Shown here: piece after piece, positions 1 to 8,684 of the stretch
Layout: every line of letters starts with the position of its first letter
Numbering within the stretch: position 1 is the stretch's first letter
Source of the DNA: Candidatus Peribacter riflensis
Lineage (GTDB): Bacteria > Patescibacteriota > Gracilibacteria > Peribacterales > Peribacteraceae
NCBI GenBank assembly: GCA_001430755.1
Contig: CP013062.1
Location: forward strand, 1,170,001 to 1,202,000
Length of the DNA: 32,000 bases
Reading direction: 5' to 3'
Program-made: the position numbers and the translations under genes
The notes under the pieces: model-generated
Told to the model about the DNA's origin: nothing
Databases searched by the model: none
What the model saw: the letters and a program-made list of their open reading frames with translations, nothing else

Positions 1-294
1 GGCGAGGAGAACACCGATGAACGGCACGATTGTCCACGTCGCGGGATGCTCATACGCCGACCGATCTGCAATCCAGAAGGGACTTCGATGGATGACCGCG
101 AGTGCGGCGTAGAGGATGAGCATGAAGAGAAGATCCCCGCCAGTCGCTTTGAAGCAGATCCAGAAATGTGCGCGATACGATGTGAAGCCCACGTAGAGAG
201 GGGCTTGGAGGTTCTCCCAAAAGAGGTGGAGGATGAAACTCGCGCCCAAGAACATGAGAGGAGAGAGCCAGTGGTTTCGATACTCGCGGATCAT
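1..294 (-). CDS. Hypothetical integral membrane protein, N-terminal 98 codons (gene continues past the left edge)
   Basis: Own minus-strand translation from ATG 294-292 gives MIREYRNHWLSPLMFLGASFILHLFWENLQAPLYVGFTSYRAHFWICFKATGGDLLFMLILYAALAVIH...IVPFIGVLLA. That is 98 codons with no stop down to position 1. It is absent from the ORF track because it has no stop in the window. It has hydrophobic TM-like stretches. Its start overlaps the stop of the upstream CDF gene as ATGA (294-291). Confidence 0.5.
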   Translation of the reverse strand, partial: MIREYRNHWLSPLMFLGASFILHLFWENLQAPLYVGFTSYRAHFWICFKATGGDLLFMLILYAALAVIHRSPFWIADRSAYEHPATWTIVPFIGVLLA

Positions 295-1205
295 GCAGGT
301 GTCTTGCAGAAGCGCTGTAGCGTCTCATCCGTATAGACGGGCTGGACGGTGACATGATGGATACCCATTTCTGAGGCGATGCGCTCGACGTCGCGGATCG
401 CCGCATCACACTTACAGACGTCACCGTTCTTGAGCGTAACCTTGCAGGTCAGATGGTGCTCCGCCGGTGTCAGGCTCCAGACGTGGATATCCCCGACGGA
501 TAGGACACCTTGGACGTCTCCGACCGCTTTCTCGAAAAGATCGTAATCGAAACTCTGCGGAGCGGATTGCAGGAAGAGACGAGCACCCTCCTTGAAGATG
601 CCCCAGCCGCTCTTGATCATGAAGAAGGCAATAAGCAGTGCGGCGGCGACATCAAAATATACGACGCTGAAATATCGTGAGAGGAGACCGCTCACGATCA
701 GGGCGGCAGAACCGATCATATCGTAGGTCATACAGGCATACGTCCCTCGCGCGTTCAGGCTGTGACAGGCATCCGCCTTGAGCATGACAGAAGAGATGAA
801 ATTCACAGCGAGAGAAACGACACCGACGATGAGAACCGTCGTCCCGGCAACAGATTCGGGCATGAGTAAGAGTTTTCCTACTTGCAGCGCGACGACCAGC
901 GCAGAGAGGAGCAGAAGGCATCCCTTCACGAAACCCGCGAGCACATCCATCCGACCGTACCCGAAGGTGCGCCGCTCATCGGGGGCTTGCCTAGTCTTCC
1001 TTTCGCTGTAAATGCTGACAGCGAGGGCAACGATGTCGTCGGTGTTCATGAGGCCGTCCGCCAGCACTGCAGTACTGCCCGTGAGCACGCTCAGGACGAT
1101 TTCCACCATCGCAAGACCTCCGTTGAGGATGAGTGCCCAGATGAATTTCCATTCCAGAGCGGAGGAAGAAGATTGCCGATGCGGAATGGAGCAACAGGTG
1201 TCCAT
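291..1205 (-). CDS. Cation diffusion facilitator (CDF) family metal efflux transporter
   Basis: 304-aa ORF with an N-terminal multi-TM region followed by a soluble C-terminal domain. Family-typical strings: STAVLADGLMNTDDIVAL (TM2), RTFGYGRMDVLAGF, YDMIGSAALIVSG (TM5). The C-terminal domain ends ...GIHHVTVQP. Confidence 0.85.
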   Translation of the reverse strand: MDTCCSIPHRQSSSSALEWKFIWALILNGGLAMVEIVLSVLTGSTAVLADGLMNTDDIVALAVSIYSERKTRQAPDERRTFGYGRMDVLAGFVKGCLLLLSALVVALQVGKLLLMPESVAGTTVLIVGVVSLAVNFISSVMLKADACHSLNARGTYACMTYDMIGSAALIVSGLLSRYFSVVYFDVAAALLIAFFMIKSGWGIFKEGARLFLQSAPQSFDYDLFEKAVGDVQGVLSVGDIHVWSLTPAEHHLTCKVTLKNGDVCKCDAAIRDVERIASEMGIHHVTVQPVYTDETLQRFCKTPA

Positions 1206-1227
1206 GCAGAGAAAGTTTCTTCATCTC

Positions 1228-1617
1228 TCACGCCCCCTTCGCCTTGTCGATGATCGCCCGCACGATGGCATCGACCTCCTGCGGCTTATCTCCCAGATCT
1301 GCCTGCGGGAAGAACTGAGAGAGGGCGATGGGTCGCATCCCTGAGAGGAAGACTTTGCCTTCGTGAACGTACACATTGATCTTGCAGGGCATGCAAAGAC
1401 CTATTTTTGGGTCGGCACGGAGGAACTCGCTTGAGTATTTGGCGTTACAGAACTCCACGATCTTGTATGGATCGCGATGGATACCCTTCTCCGCAAGGCT
1501 CGCCTGCAAGTCGTGTACGTGGAGTACACGCATCCCCGCCTTCGCGATCTCCTCTAGGACACTGGAGGACGCCGCAGCGAAATCCTTGGCGGTGGTTACG
1601 GTGTAGTCGAATTCCAT
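1228..1617 (-). CDS. DUF302-domain protein
   Basis: ORF 1228..1644. The sequence MEFDYTVTTAKDFAAASSSVLEEIAKAGMRVLHVHDLQASLAEKG...KIVEFCNAKY...MPCKINVY matches the DUF302 pattern as I recall it. I prefer the internal ATG at 1617; the ATG at 1644 is the alternative. The gene sits 22 nt upstream of the CDF gene on the same strand. Confidence 0.7.
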   Translation of the reverse strand: MEFDYTVTTAKDFAAASSSVLEEIAKAGMRVLHVHDLQASLAEKGIHRDPYKIVEFCNAKYSSEFLRADPKIGLCMPCKINVYVHEGKVFLSGMRPIALSQFFPQADLGDKPQEVDAIVRAIIDKAKGA

Positions 1618-1696
1618 GCAGGCATGGTCGCAGAGGAACGGCATGGAGACAACCGTTTACGGGAAAATCTCTCAGATCCTCCGCATTCCTGGCGTG

Positions 1697-2443
1697 ATGA
1701 TCGTGTACACTGAAGATTCCCGCTGCACGCCACGCTTCGCCGTCTCTCCACCACTATTCTCACCGGCATGCTCCTCTTCATTTGGCTTTGCCTTGTTTCC
1801 CAGCTTTTCTTTTGCCAAAGGAATGATGGGTTTCTCGTATTCATCCCCCGATAATGCCGCCGTACAAAGCCAGCAACAGGAAGAGCAAGAAGGTAAGCAG
1901 TTTTTGGACAACCTCAACAGCAAAACAGTTACCTGTTCGCATCTCAAAGATGCAGATTTTGAGAAAATTAGTGAGTATTTTATGGGTCAATCTATAGGAG
2001 ATACTGTGAGGCACATTGCCATCAACGAAATGATGAAAACAATGATGGGAGAACTGGGGGAAGAACAGGCGCATATCGCTATGGGTAAACGAGTGAGCGG
2101 ATGCGGAGGAGACGGAACACTTCCCATAGGGATGATGCCGATCATGATGGGGGGAGCTTGGAACGGCGCTGCTCCGACAGTGGGGAGATGGTCAAATGGC
2201 TCCGATTCCTCTACGATACTTCCCATGATGGGATACGGATTCGGGTTCGCGCCATTCGGCCTCCTCTTCATGATCCTCTGGTGGGTTCTCATCATTGCCG
2301 GGATCATCGCGCTCGTGAAATGGATCGCACACTCCTCTGGAACATCAGGAGGAAAATCCCTGCTCGACATCCTGAAAGAACGTTACGCGGAGGGGGAAAT
2401 CGACAAGAAAGAGTTTGAAGAGCGAAAGAAAAACCTTGCCTGA
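1697..2443 (+). CDS. Met-rich membrane protein with C-terminal SHOCT domain
   Basis: ORF 1616..2443. The C-terminus LLDILKERYAEGEIDKKEFEERKKNL is a typical SHOCT motif. It is preceded by a TM segment (FGLLFMILWWVLIIAGIIALVKW). Met-rich motifs are present: MMKTMMGELG, IGMMPIMMGG, LPMMGYG. The start is uncertain (1616, 1697 or the MMGF codons near 1823). Confidence 0.6.
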   Translation: MIVYTEDSRCTPRFAVSPPLFSPACSSSFGFALFPSFSFAKGMMGFSYSSPDNAAVQSQQQEEQEGKQFLDNLNSKTVTCSHLKDADFEKISEYFMGQSIGDTVRHIAINEMMKTMMGELGEEQAHIAMGKRVSGCGGDGTLPIGMMPIMMGGAWNGAAPTVGRWSNGSDSSTILPMMGYGFGFAPFGLLFMILWWVLIIAGIIALVKWIAHSSGTSGGKSLLDILKERYAEGEIDKKEFEERKKNLA

Positions 2444-2450
2444 AAAACCT

Positions 2451-2777
2451 ATGAAACTCGGTATCATCCTGCAATCGAACGAGCCGGAACACGTGTGGAA
2501 TGCCCTCCGTCTGGCAATCACCGCGCGGAAAGCGAAACACGACGTGCGCATCTTCCTCTTGAGTGAGGGGGTGGAGCTTGAGAGTATCCTTGATTCCGGA
2601 GATTTCGATATCTCTCGTAAAGTGAAGGAGTTCACTGAACTGCAGGGCCAGATTCTCGCCTGTGGGACCTGTCTCAAAAGCCGATCACAACCCGAAAGCG
2701 CAGCCTGTCCCATTTCGACCATGACCGATCTCCTGCACATCGTCGAGGAATCGGACAGGGTGCTGACGTTTGGCTGA
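2451..2777 (+). CDS. DsrE/DsrF-like (sulfur-relay fold) family protein
   Basis: MKLGIILQSNEPEHVWNALRLAITARKAKHDVRIFLLSEGVE...ACGTCLKSR resembles small DsrE-like proteins. I prefer the start at MKLGII (2451) over the ORF maximum at 2415, which overlaps the preceding gene. Confidence 0.6.
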   Translation: MKLGIILQSNEPEHVWNALRLAITARKAKHDVRIFLLSEGVELESILDSGDFDISRKVKEFTELQGQILACGTCLKSRSQPESAACPISTMTDLLHIVEESDRVLTFG

Positions 2778-2895
2778 GGATCGTAAACCGGTTTCATCCC
2801 GATGTAACAGGGGAATGGAACATGACTCGAACATACAAATATCTCTCGGGTGGCTCAGATCGTGAAATGCTGGCAAGATTCTCAATAATGGACTT

Positions 2896-2972
2896 TGGCG
2901 GGGCTGACGGGACTCGAACCCGCGACCTTCCGCGTGACAGGCGGACGCTCTAACCAGCTGAGCTACAACCCC
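2896..2972 (-). tRNA. tRNA-Asp (anticodon GUC), CCA encoded
   Basis: The minus strand reads GGGGTTGTAGCTCAGCTGGTTAGAGCGTCCGCCTGTCACGCGGAAGGTCGCGGGTTCGAGTCCCGTCAGCCCCGCCA. It forms a cloverleaf: acceptor GGGGTTG/CAGCCCC, anticodon stem TCCGC/GCGGA, loop CTGTCAC giving GTC, T-arm GCGGG TTCGAGT CCCGT. Confidence 0.93.
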
Positions 2973-3207
2973 ATAACTGCTGCTTACGGAAACGCCTTCC
3001 TGCAGCTGACTTAAGGTACTTTTCTCGCTGTCTTGCTGCAAGCCTATCCGGATATCTTTCTTTCAGGAGGAACTGCCATGGTCGATATCCTCTTGTTGAT
3101 TTCACCTTGCCCGCATTGTGTTCTTGAAGTCTTCGCTCCGGATGAGCTGATATGCCGACATACTGCCGGTCAGCTGTAAGACTATGCAGAACGTATGCGA
3201 AGTACAT
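2950..3207 (-). CDS. Small GIY-YIG nuclease-domain protein (UPF0213-like), 85 aa
   Basis: MYFAYVLHSLTADRQYVGISAHPERRLQEHNAGKVKSTRGYRPWQFLLKERYPDRLAARQREKYLKSAAGRRF. It has the GIY..YVG motif, the RRLxEHN motif and a REKYLKS tail. Start chosen at MYFAYVL; the ORF maximum reaches 3276. The last 23 nt, including the TAG stop, lie inside the 5' part of tRNA-Asp. Confidence 0.8.
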   Translation of the reverse strand: MYFAYVLHSLTADRQYVGISAHPERRLQEHNAGKVKSTRGYRPWQFLLKERYPDRLAARQREKYLKSAAGRRFRKQQLWGCSSAG

Positions 3208-3220
3208 TGTATCAAGTGTT

Positions 3221-3233
3221 CCAGCTGAGCTAC
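3221..3233. repeat. 13-nt copy of the tRNA D-arm sequence (CCAGCTGAGCTAC), second copy at 2954-2966 inside tRNA-Asp
   Basis: Exact 13-mer on the + strand at 2954-2966 and at 3221-3233. Read on the minus strand, the upstream copy is GGGCGGG-TAGCTCAGCTGG. That looks like an acceptor-plus-D-arm 5' tRNA fragment with no remaining tRNA body. The two copies bracket the GIY-YIG ORF. Confidence 0.7.
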
Positions 3234-3267
3234 CCGCCCGAACGTACCGACGTTCGGTACGGGCGGG
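3233..3267. repeat. R1: 35-nt GC-rich imperfect palindrome, copy 1
   Basis: CCCGCCCGAACGTACCGACGTTCGGTACGGGCGGG. The outer 8-bp stem is CCCGCCCG/CGGGCGGG, with alternative inner pairings. Its reverse complement matches 11293-11327 except for the central base. Confidence 0.8.
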
Positions 3268-3420
3268 CAACCCCAATTTGCCGCCGAAACGCTACCGTAA
3301 GAAGTACAGACTGACAACCAGAAGCCCTCGAAGAAGCCACCAGAGGAAGGTTGCTGATCCGCCTTGTGTTCAAGATTTTCTCCGGTAGCCTTCGCATCCA
3401 ATTCTTCCCCATTTGTTTCT

Positions 3421-3732
3421 ATGGAGCGTCCCTCTGGTCCCATGCTCGTGCGCATCGCTGCCGACCCTACGATTGTCTCTCAGAAGACGGGAATAAATGT
3501 TTATCCCCGACAATTGATGGAAGACGGTTCATGGATGGTGAGTGTTGATGCCTTGGAAGCGGCCCGCAGCGGCGCACAGGAGAAACTGCGTCCGTTCCTC
3601 CATCCTGTGTGTACTCTGCCAGGGCAGGGAACGACGCAGGAACGCCATAGGTCTGCACCCGCCGCGGAGTCTCCCGATACCGGCGAAGACATGTCCCTTT
3701 CTACCCGGGGAACACGAGAACAGGAGGATTAA
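3421..3732 (+). CDS. Hypothetical small protein (weak call)
   Basis: ORF 3364..3732, with a possible start at MERPSGPMLVRIAADPTIV... It has coding-like third-position GC and fills an otherwise 460-nt gap. I recognise no family or SD sequence, and it overlaps the gatA stop by 4 nt in convergent orientation. Confidence 0.25.
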   Translation: MERPSGPMLVRIAADPTIVSQKTGINVYPRQLMEDGSWMVSVDALEAARSGAQEKLRPFLHPVCTLPGQGTTQERHRSAPAAESPDTGEDMSLSTRGTREQED

Positions 3733-5264
3733 ACGAGAGTCGGTCTCCGTCCATGCCACTCCGTGGCCTGCTCATAGGCGTGGCCTGCGCGCAGAATCGT
3801 CTCTTCGCCCCATTGCGGTCCCAAAATCTGCATGCCGATCGGCAGGAGGTCATCCTCCTTCGCTCCCTTCGGAGCTTCGGAGGATGGTTTCGCTTTCGCG
3901 AAACCACACGGGATGGAGAGCCCCGGGATGCCGGCGAGGTTTATTGAGACTGTGAAGATGTCTTCCAGATACATCTGCACGGGGTCATCGGTGTGGGCGC
4001 CGATGGTGAAGGCCGGGGTGGGGGCCACGGGCGTGAGGAGGCAATCCACTTTCTCGAATACCTGATCGAAGTCGCGCTTGATCAGCGTGCGCACGCGCTG
4101 TGCCTGACGGTAGTACGCGTCGTAGTACCCGGCCGAGAGCGCGTAGGTGCCAATCATGATGCGGCGCTTCACTTCGTCGCCGAAGCCGCTACTTCGCACG
4201 CGCTCGTAGTATCCGATCAGGTTCTCACGCTCCGGAACGGTATGACCGAAACGCACACCGTCGTACCGGGCCATATTCGAACTCACTTCGGAGGGTACAA
4301 TGACGTAATACGTCGCGATGGCGTACGGTGAGTGGGGTAGGCTCACATCGACGATCTTGGCTCCCAGCGAGGCATATACCTTGGCCGCCTCGCGCACAGC
4401 TGCCTCCACCTGCGGGTCCATTCCCTTAATGAAGTACTCCTTGGGTAGACCGATCTTCATGCCCTTCACGCCCTGCTTGATGGTCTGCGTGTAGTCCGGC
4501 ACGGGCACGTCGCCGGTGGTGGCATCGAGCGGGTCTCTTCCTGCAATCGCGCTGAGGACAATGGCCGCATCCTCCACCGTCTTCGTGAGTGCGCCGATGG
4601 AATCGAGCGAGCTCGCCATACTGAGGACCCCGTACCGGCTGGTGCGGCCGTAGGTGACCTTGAGCCCTGTACAACCGCAAAAACCCGCAGGCTGGCGTAT
4701 CGATCCTCCTGTATCCGTCCCGAGTGCGAACAGGCACTCATCCGCCGCGACAGCGGCAGCCGATCCGCCGGAAGACCCCCCCGCCACACGCGAGTGATCC
4801 CACGGGTTCTTCGTCACGCCGAAACAGCTCGTCTCGGTGGAGGCACCCATGGTGAATTCATCGGTATTGGTCTTGCCCAGACTCACGGCGCTTTGGGCCT
4901 TGAGCCGCTTCGTCGTCGTGGAATCGAATGGCGGAATGAAATCCCGCGCCCTGCCGCGATCCGAAGGATCTGCTGCAGGGTTTCTCAATATATTGGAGCA
5001 TGCGGTGGTGGGAACGCCCTCCTCGCAGAAGACGTCTTTGGCCAGGTATGGGATGCCGGCGAGCGGATGATCGAATGCCCCCTTCTTATCTGTCTTTTTG
5101 GCTTCATCCAGGGCTCGATCGAAATTACGGTGCACCACGGCATTGAGGGATTTGTCGACGGATTCGATCCGCTCGATGCAGGCACGGGCCAGCTCCACAG
5201 CGGTGAGCTCACCGGCTTTCAACCGCGCGTGCGCCTGGCCGATGGTGAGCGAGGCGCTGCTCAT
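3729..5264 (-). CDS. gatA: Glutamyl/aspartyl-tRNA amidotransferase subunit A
   Basis: 511 aa. It carries an amidase signature region ([13 protein letters not shown]...[12 protein letters not shown]). It lies immediately downstream of gatC with abutting stop and start (5265/5264). Confidence 0.93.
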   Translation of the reverse strand: MSSASLTIGQAHARLKAGELTAVELARACIERIESVDKSLNAVVHRNFDRALDEAKKTDKKGAFDHPLAGIPYLAKDVFCEEGVPTTACSNILRNPAADPSDRGRARDFIPPFDSTTTKRLKAQSAVSLGKTNTDEFTMGASTETSCFGVTKNPWDHSRVAGGSSGGSAAAVAADECLFALGTDTGGSIRQPAGFCGCTGLKVTYGRTSRYGVLSMASSLDSIGALTKTVEDAAIVLSAIAGRDPLDATTGDVPVPDYTQTIKQGVKGMKIGLPKEYFIKGMDPQVEAAVREAAKVYASLGAKIVDVSLPHSPYAIATYYVIVPSEVSSNMARYDGVRFGHTVPERENLIGYYERVRSSGFGDEVKRRIMIGTYALSAGYYDAYYRQAQRVRTLIKRDFDQVFEKVDCLLTPVAPTPAFTIGAHTDDPVQMYLEDIFTVSINLAGIPGLSIPCGFAKAKPSSEAPKGAKEDDLLPIGMQILGPQWGEETILRAGHAYEQATEWHGRRPTLV

Positions 5265-5558
5265 CTAAAGGGCGGAAGGTGTTTCGATCTGCTGGTCCAC
5301 AATGGGCAGGGGACTCACGCCGAGCAGGGCATCCGTTCCCACGGGACATTCTGCGATCGTATCGGTTCGTGTGATGTTGCTGAGCCCCGTCACTTGCGCC
5401 GTCGGCTCTACGCCCTCGGTCTTCACCTCTTTCAGTTTCTCGACGTAATCCAAAATCTGGGTGAGTTCGCGACTGAATTTCTCCACCTCGCTATCCGAGA
5501 GGGTGAGTCGGGCCAGCTTGGCGATGTGCCGGACTTGGGCAGGGGTCAAATTCGTCAT
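5265..5558 (-). CDS. gatC: Glutamyl/aspartyl-tRNA amidotransferase subunit C
   Basis: 97 aa. The N-terminus LTPAQVRHIAKLARLTLSDSEVEKFSRELTQILDYVEKL is typical of GatC. It sits directly upstream of gatA. Confidence 0.9.
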   Translation of the reverse strand: MTNLTPAQVRHIAKLARLTLSDSEVEKFSRELTQILDYVEKLKEVKTEGVEPTAQVTGLSNITRTDTIAECPVGTDALLGVSPLPIVDQQIETPSAL

Positions 5559-5576
5559 GCGCTTTGGAGCATAGAG

Positions 5577-5672
5577 AGAATCAATGAGGAATCAAGAATC
5601 AAGCGGAACGTATCTTTTAAAAAGGCAAAAAAGAAGCATTCTTAATTCTTCATTCTTGATTCATACTTCTTG
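5577..5672. repeat. R2: AT-rich AAGAAT-type hairpin repeat, intergenic copy (gatC / rnpA divergent spacer)
   Basis: GAATCAATGAGGAATCAAGAATCAAG...CATTCTTAATTCTTCATTCTTGATTCATACTTCTTG. The arms are partly complementary (GAATCAAGAAT / ATTCTTGATTC). It shares ATTCATACTTCTTG with the 23S copy at about 25775 and CATTCTTAATTCTT with the copies at 24715 and 26683. Confidence 0.65.
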
Positions 5673-5674
5673 CC

Positions 5675-6091
5675 ATGCAGCTTCTCCATCTCCGCGGGCG
5701 CAAAACATGTGATTTTGTCCTGCGCAAGGGCACGCTCTGGCGGGGCAGGACGATGAATATCCGATGGTTGCCCGGTATGCCCCAGAACATGCGGCCACGT
5801 CCCGGAGAGCGCTCACCGCGTGGGCTCTTCATCGGCACATTCGCGTCACTCTCCTTAAGCAAGCGCGCGGTGGACCGCAATCGCATGCGACGCCGCTGTC
5901 GCGAGGCGCTGCGCATCGTGATGCGGGAGGAAACGGAATTCCCCTCCGTTCAGTTGTTGCTCTCGCCGCGTTCCTCTAGTCTCTCTTGTGACTTTCAAGA
6001 CATCATTCACGATGTCAGGTCGTTTCTCTCTTCCCTGCGTGCATGTCTGAACAACCCCGCAAACGGAGCGCCCTCCTCGAGTTCGCGCTGA
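5675..6091 (+). CDS. rnpA: Ribonuclease P protein component
   Basis: 138 aa, basic. It has the RNR-motif region KRAVDRNRMRRRCREALR. The rnpA-yidC synteny is conserved. Its 3' end overlaps yidC by 49 nt. Confidence 0.8.
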   Translation: MQLLHLRGRKTCDFVLRKGTLWRGRTMNIRWLPGMPQNMRPRPGERSPRGLFIGTFASLSLSKRAVDRNRMRRRCREALRIVMREETEFPSVQLLLSPRSSSLSCDFQDIIHDVRSFLSSLRACLNNPANGAPSSSSR

Positions 6092-7305
6092 TCTTCGCCC
6101 TGGTGTACCTGGGGACCCAGCTCGTCTTCCGGCTGTTCTTCCCTGCAGAAGCGGGCGGGCCCAACGGGCTTGCCGATGTCGTGCTGAAATCCACTGCGGC
6201 GAAGGTAAAAGACGGGCACAGCATCACGCTCACTCTGCGCAATAACACCGAAGGCACGCTCCTGCTCCCTGACCACTGCCCGATGCCGCCGGTGGAAGTC
6301 TACACGGTCATGGGGGAGGGTTCGGGTGCCCAAATCGCCCCGCTGATGGCCATAGAGACGGCTCTGCCCTGCGTCCCGCTCACCTCTGTCGCCCCGAAGT
6401 CCGAGGCCCACATTGACCTGGGTCCGTGGAAGTACTCGCTCTTCTCGCAGTTCGGCACCTACGAAGTGCGGCTGCCCGCAGCAGCGCGCTTCCGCACGGC
6501 GAGCGGCACCATTGTCCCGGCGGAGCACGGCACGCTCAGCGCACGGGTCACGCTCCACGACGCGGGCCCTTTCACCAAGCTCTTCCGCGCTTTCATCACG
6601 AAGCCCTTTCTCAATTTCCTCATCTTCATCGCTTCCGTCCTGCCCGGCCACAGCCTGGGGGTTGCCATCATCATCCTCACGCTCGTCGTGAAATTCCTGC
6701 TCTACATTCCCACACAGCACTCGCTGGAGGGCCAGAAGAAGATGCAGAAGGCCCAGCCGCTCTTGGATGAAATCCGCCGCCGGTACAAGGATGATCCCAA
6801 GCGAATGCAGGAAGAGACCATGAAGATCTGGAAAGAGCACGGCATCAATCCGTTCCAGTCGTGCCTGCCGCTCCTCATCCAGATGCCGGTGCTCATCGGC
6901 GTCTTCTACGTGGTGCGCGATGGCTCGGTGCTCGCGCTCTCGCAACATCTGATCTACGACTTCTATCGGCATTTGGATTGGTCATTTGCCACCACATTCC
7001 TGGGGCTGGACCTGCTGAAGCCCAGCTACATTCTCTTTCCGCCGCTCCTCACTATTCTCCAGTTCGTGCAGATGAAGCTCACGTTCGCCGCCGCCAAGAA
7101 GAAGCGGGAGCAGAGTGGCAAAGCCGAGAGTCAGGGGGATAAGAGCCAGCAGATGCAGCAGAAGATGATGCTCTACGGGCTCCCGATCATGATCGGTGTG
7201 TTCGCCTTCCAGTTCCCGGCGGCTGTTTCTCTCTACTGGGGCGTGTCGACCCTCTTCGCCATCGGGCAGCAGATGGTGGTGAACAGGGAGAAGATCACGT
7301 TGTGA
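6043..7305 (+). CDS. yidC: Membrane protein insertase YidC/Oxa1 family
   Basis: 420 aa: an N-terminal TM segment, an extracytoplasmic domain of about 170 aa, then the conserved core (GVAIIILTLVVKFLLYIPTQHSLEGQKKMQKAQPLLDEIRRRYKDDPKRMQEETMKIWKEHGINPFQSCLPLLIQMPVLIG). Confidence 0.92.
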   Translation: MSEQPRKRSALLEFALIFALVYLGTQLVFRLFFPAEAGGPNGLADVVLKSTAAKVKDGHSITLTLRNNTEGTLLLPDHCPMPPVEVYTVMGEGSGAQIAPLMAIETALPCVPLTSVAPKSEAHIDLGPWKYSLFSQFGTYEVRLPAAARFRTASGTIVPAEHGTLSARVTLHDAGPFTKLFRAFITKPFLNFLIFIASVLPGHSLGVAIIILTLVVKFLLYIPTQHSLEGQKKMQKAQPLLDEIRRRYKDDPKRMQEETMKIWKEHGINPFQSCLPLLIQMPVLIGVFYVVRDGSVLALSQHLIYDFYRHLDWSFATTFLGLDLLKPSYILFPPLLTILQFVQMKLTFAAAKKKREQSGKAESQGDKSQQMQQKMMLYGLPIMIGVFAFQFPAAVSLYWGVSTLFAIGQQMVVNREKITL

Positions 7306-7317
7306 TGTACGCAGCGT

Positions 7318-7381
7318 GTCATGGTGAGCTCTGTCGAACCATGAACACGCGAAGTCACCCTTCGACAGAGCTCAGGGTGAC
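7318..7381. terminator. Long hairpin between convergent yidC and fbaB (candidate bidirectional terminator)
   Basis: GTCATGGTGAGCTCTGTCGAA (7318-7338) pairs with TTCGACAGAGCTCAGGGTGAC (7361-7381). At least 13 contiguous bp (GAGCTCTGTCGAA) plus flanking pairs. There is no clear U-tract. Confidence 0.4.
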
Positions 7382-7415
7382 ATCGCAAGTCGCAAATCGA
7401 TCAATCGCAAATCCG

Positions 7416-8486
<1,071 letters not shown>

Positions 8487-8531
8487 GCTGAGGAAGGGGA
8501 TAAGTGGGCGAATCCTACCATTGACAAGTAC

Positions 8532-8560
8532 TTGATTTATTATGAATTTTATTACATAAT
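8532..8560 (+). promoter_or_regulatory. Putative sigma70-type promoter for the tandem csrA gene
   Basis: TTGATT (8532-8537), a 17-nt spacer, then CATAAT (8555-8560). It lies in a locally AT-rich patch of the divergent fbaB/csrA spacer. A TTGACA also occurs at 8521-8526. Confidence 0.3.
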
Positions 8561-8684
8561 GCCAGTTACGTTCCGTTCCTTCCTTTGGGCGCAATGGATG
8601 TGCCAACGCGGTCCCGCACTGCGTGACTCAAGAGGGAAGTGAATCTACGGAGCGATGCTCTTTTTCCAAGGAAGGAGGGTTAGG

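Noticed and set aside
3200-3270. A possible second intact tRNA gene upstream of the GIY-YIG ORF (GGGCGGGTAGCTCAGCTGG...).
   Set aside because: After the D-loop the sequence runs straight into the GIY-YIG start region. There is no D-stem return (GAGC), no anticodon arm and no T-arm. I treat it as a 5' remnant or duplication only.
4794-6972. The 283-aa plus-strand ORF (4794-5645) and the 321-aa minus-strand ORF (6007-6972).
   Set aside because: They are antisense to gatA/gatC and to yidC respectively, both of which have unambiguous family signatures. The 240-aa ORF at 9251-9973 (minus strand) is rejected for the same reason, since it is opposite csrA-2 and cysS.
8487-8606. N-terminal extensions of several ORF-track entries: fbaB to 8606, cysS from 9641, sod from 17706, ssb from 22724 and 23132, csrA-2 from 9279, and GIY-YIG to 3276.
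   Set aside because: The extensions are non-homologous to the families. They overlap terminators, repeats or neighbouring genes, and internal starts give canonical N-termini. They are typical open-frame run-on in GC-rich DNA.
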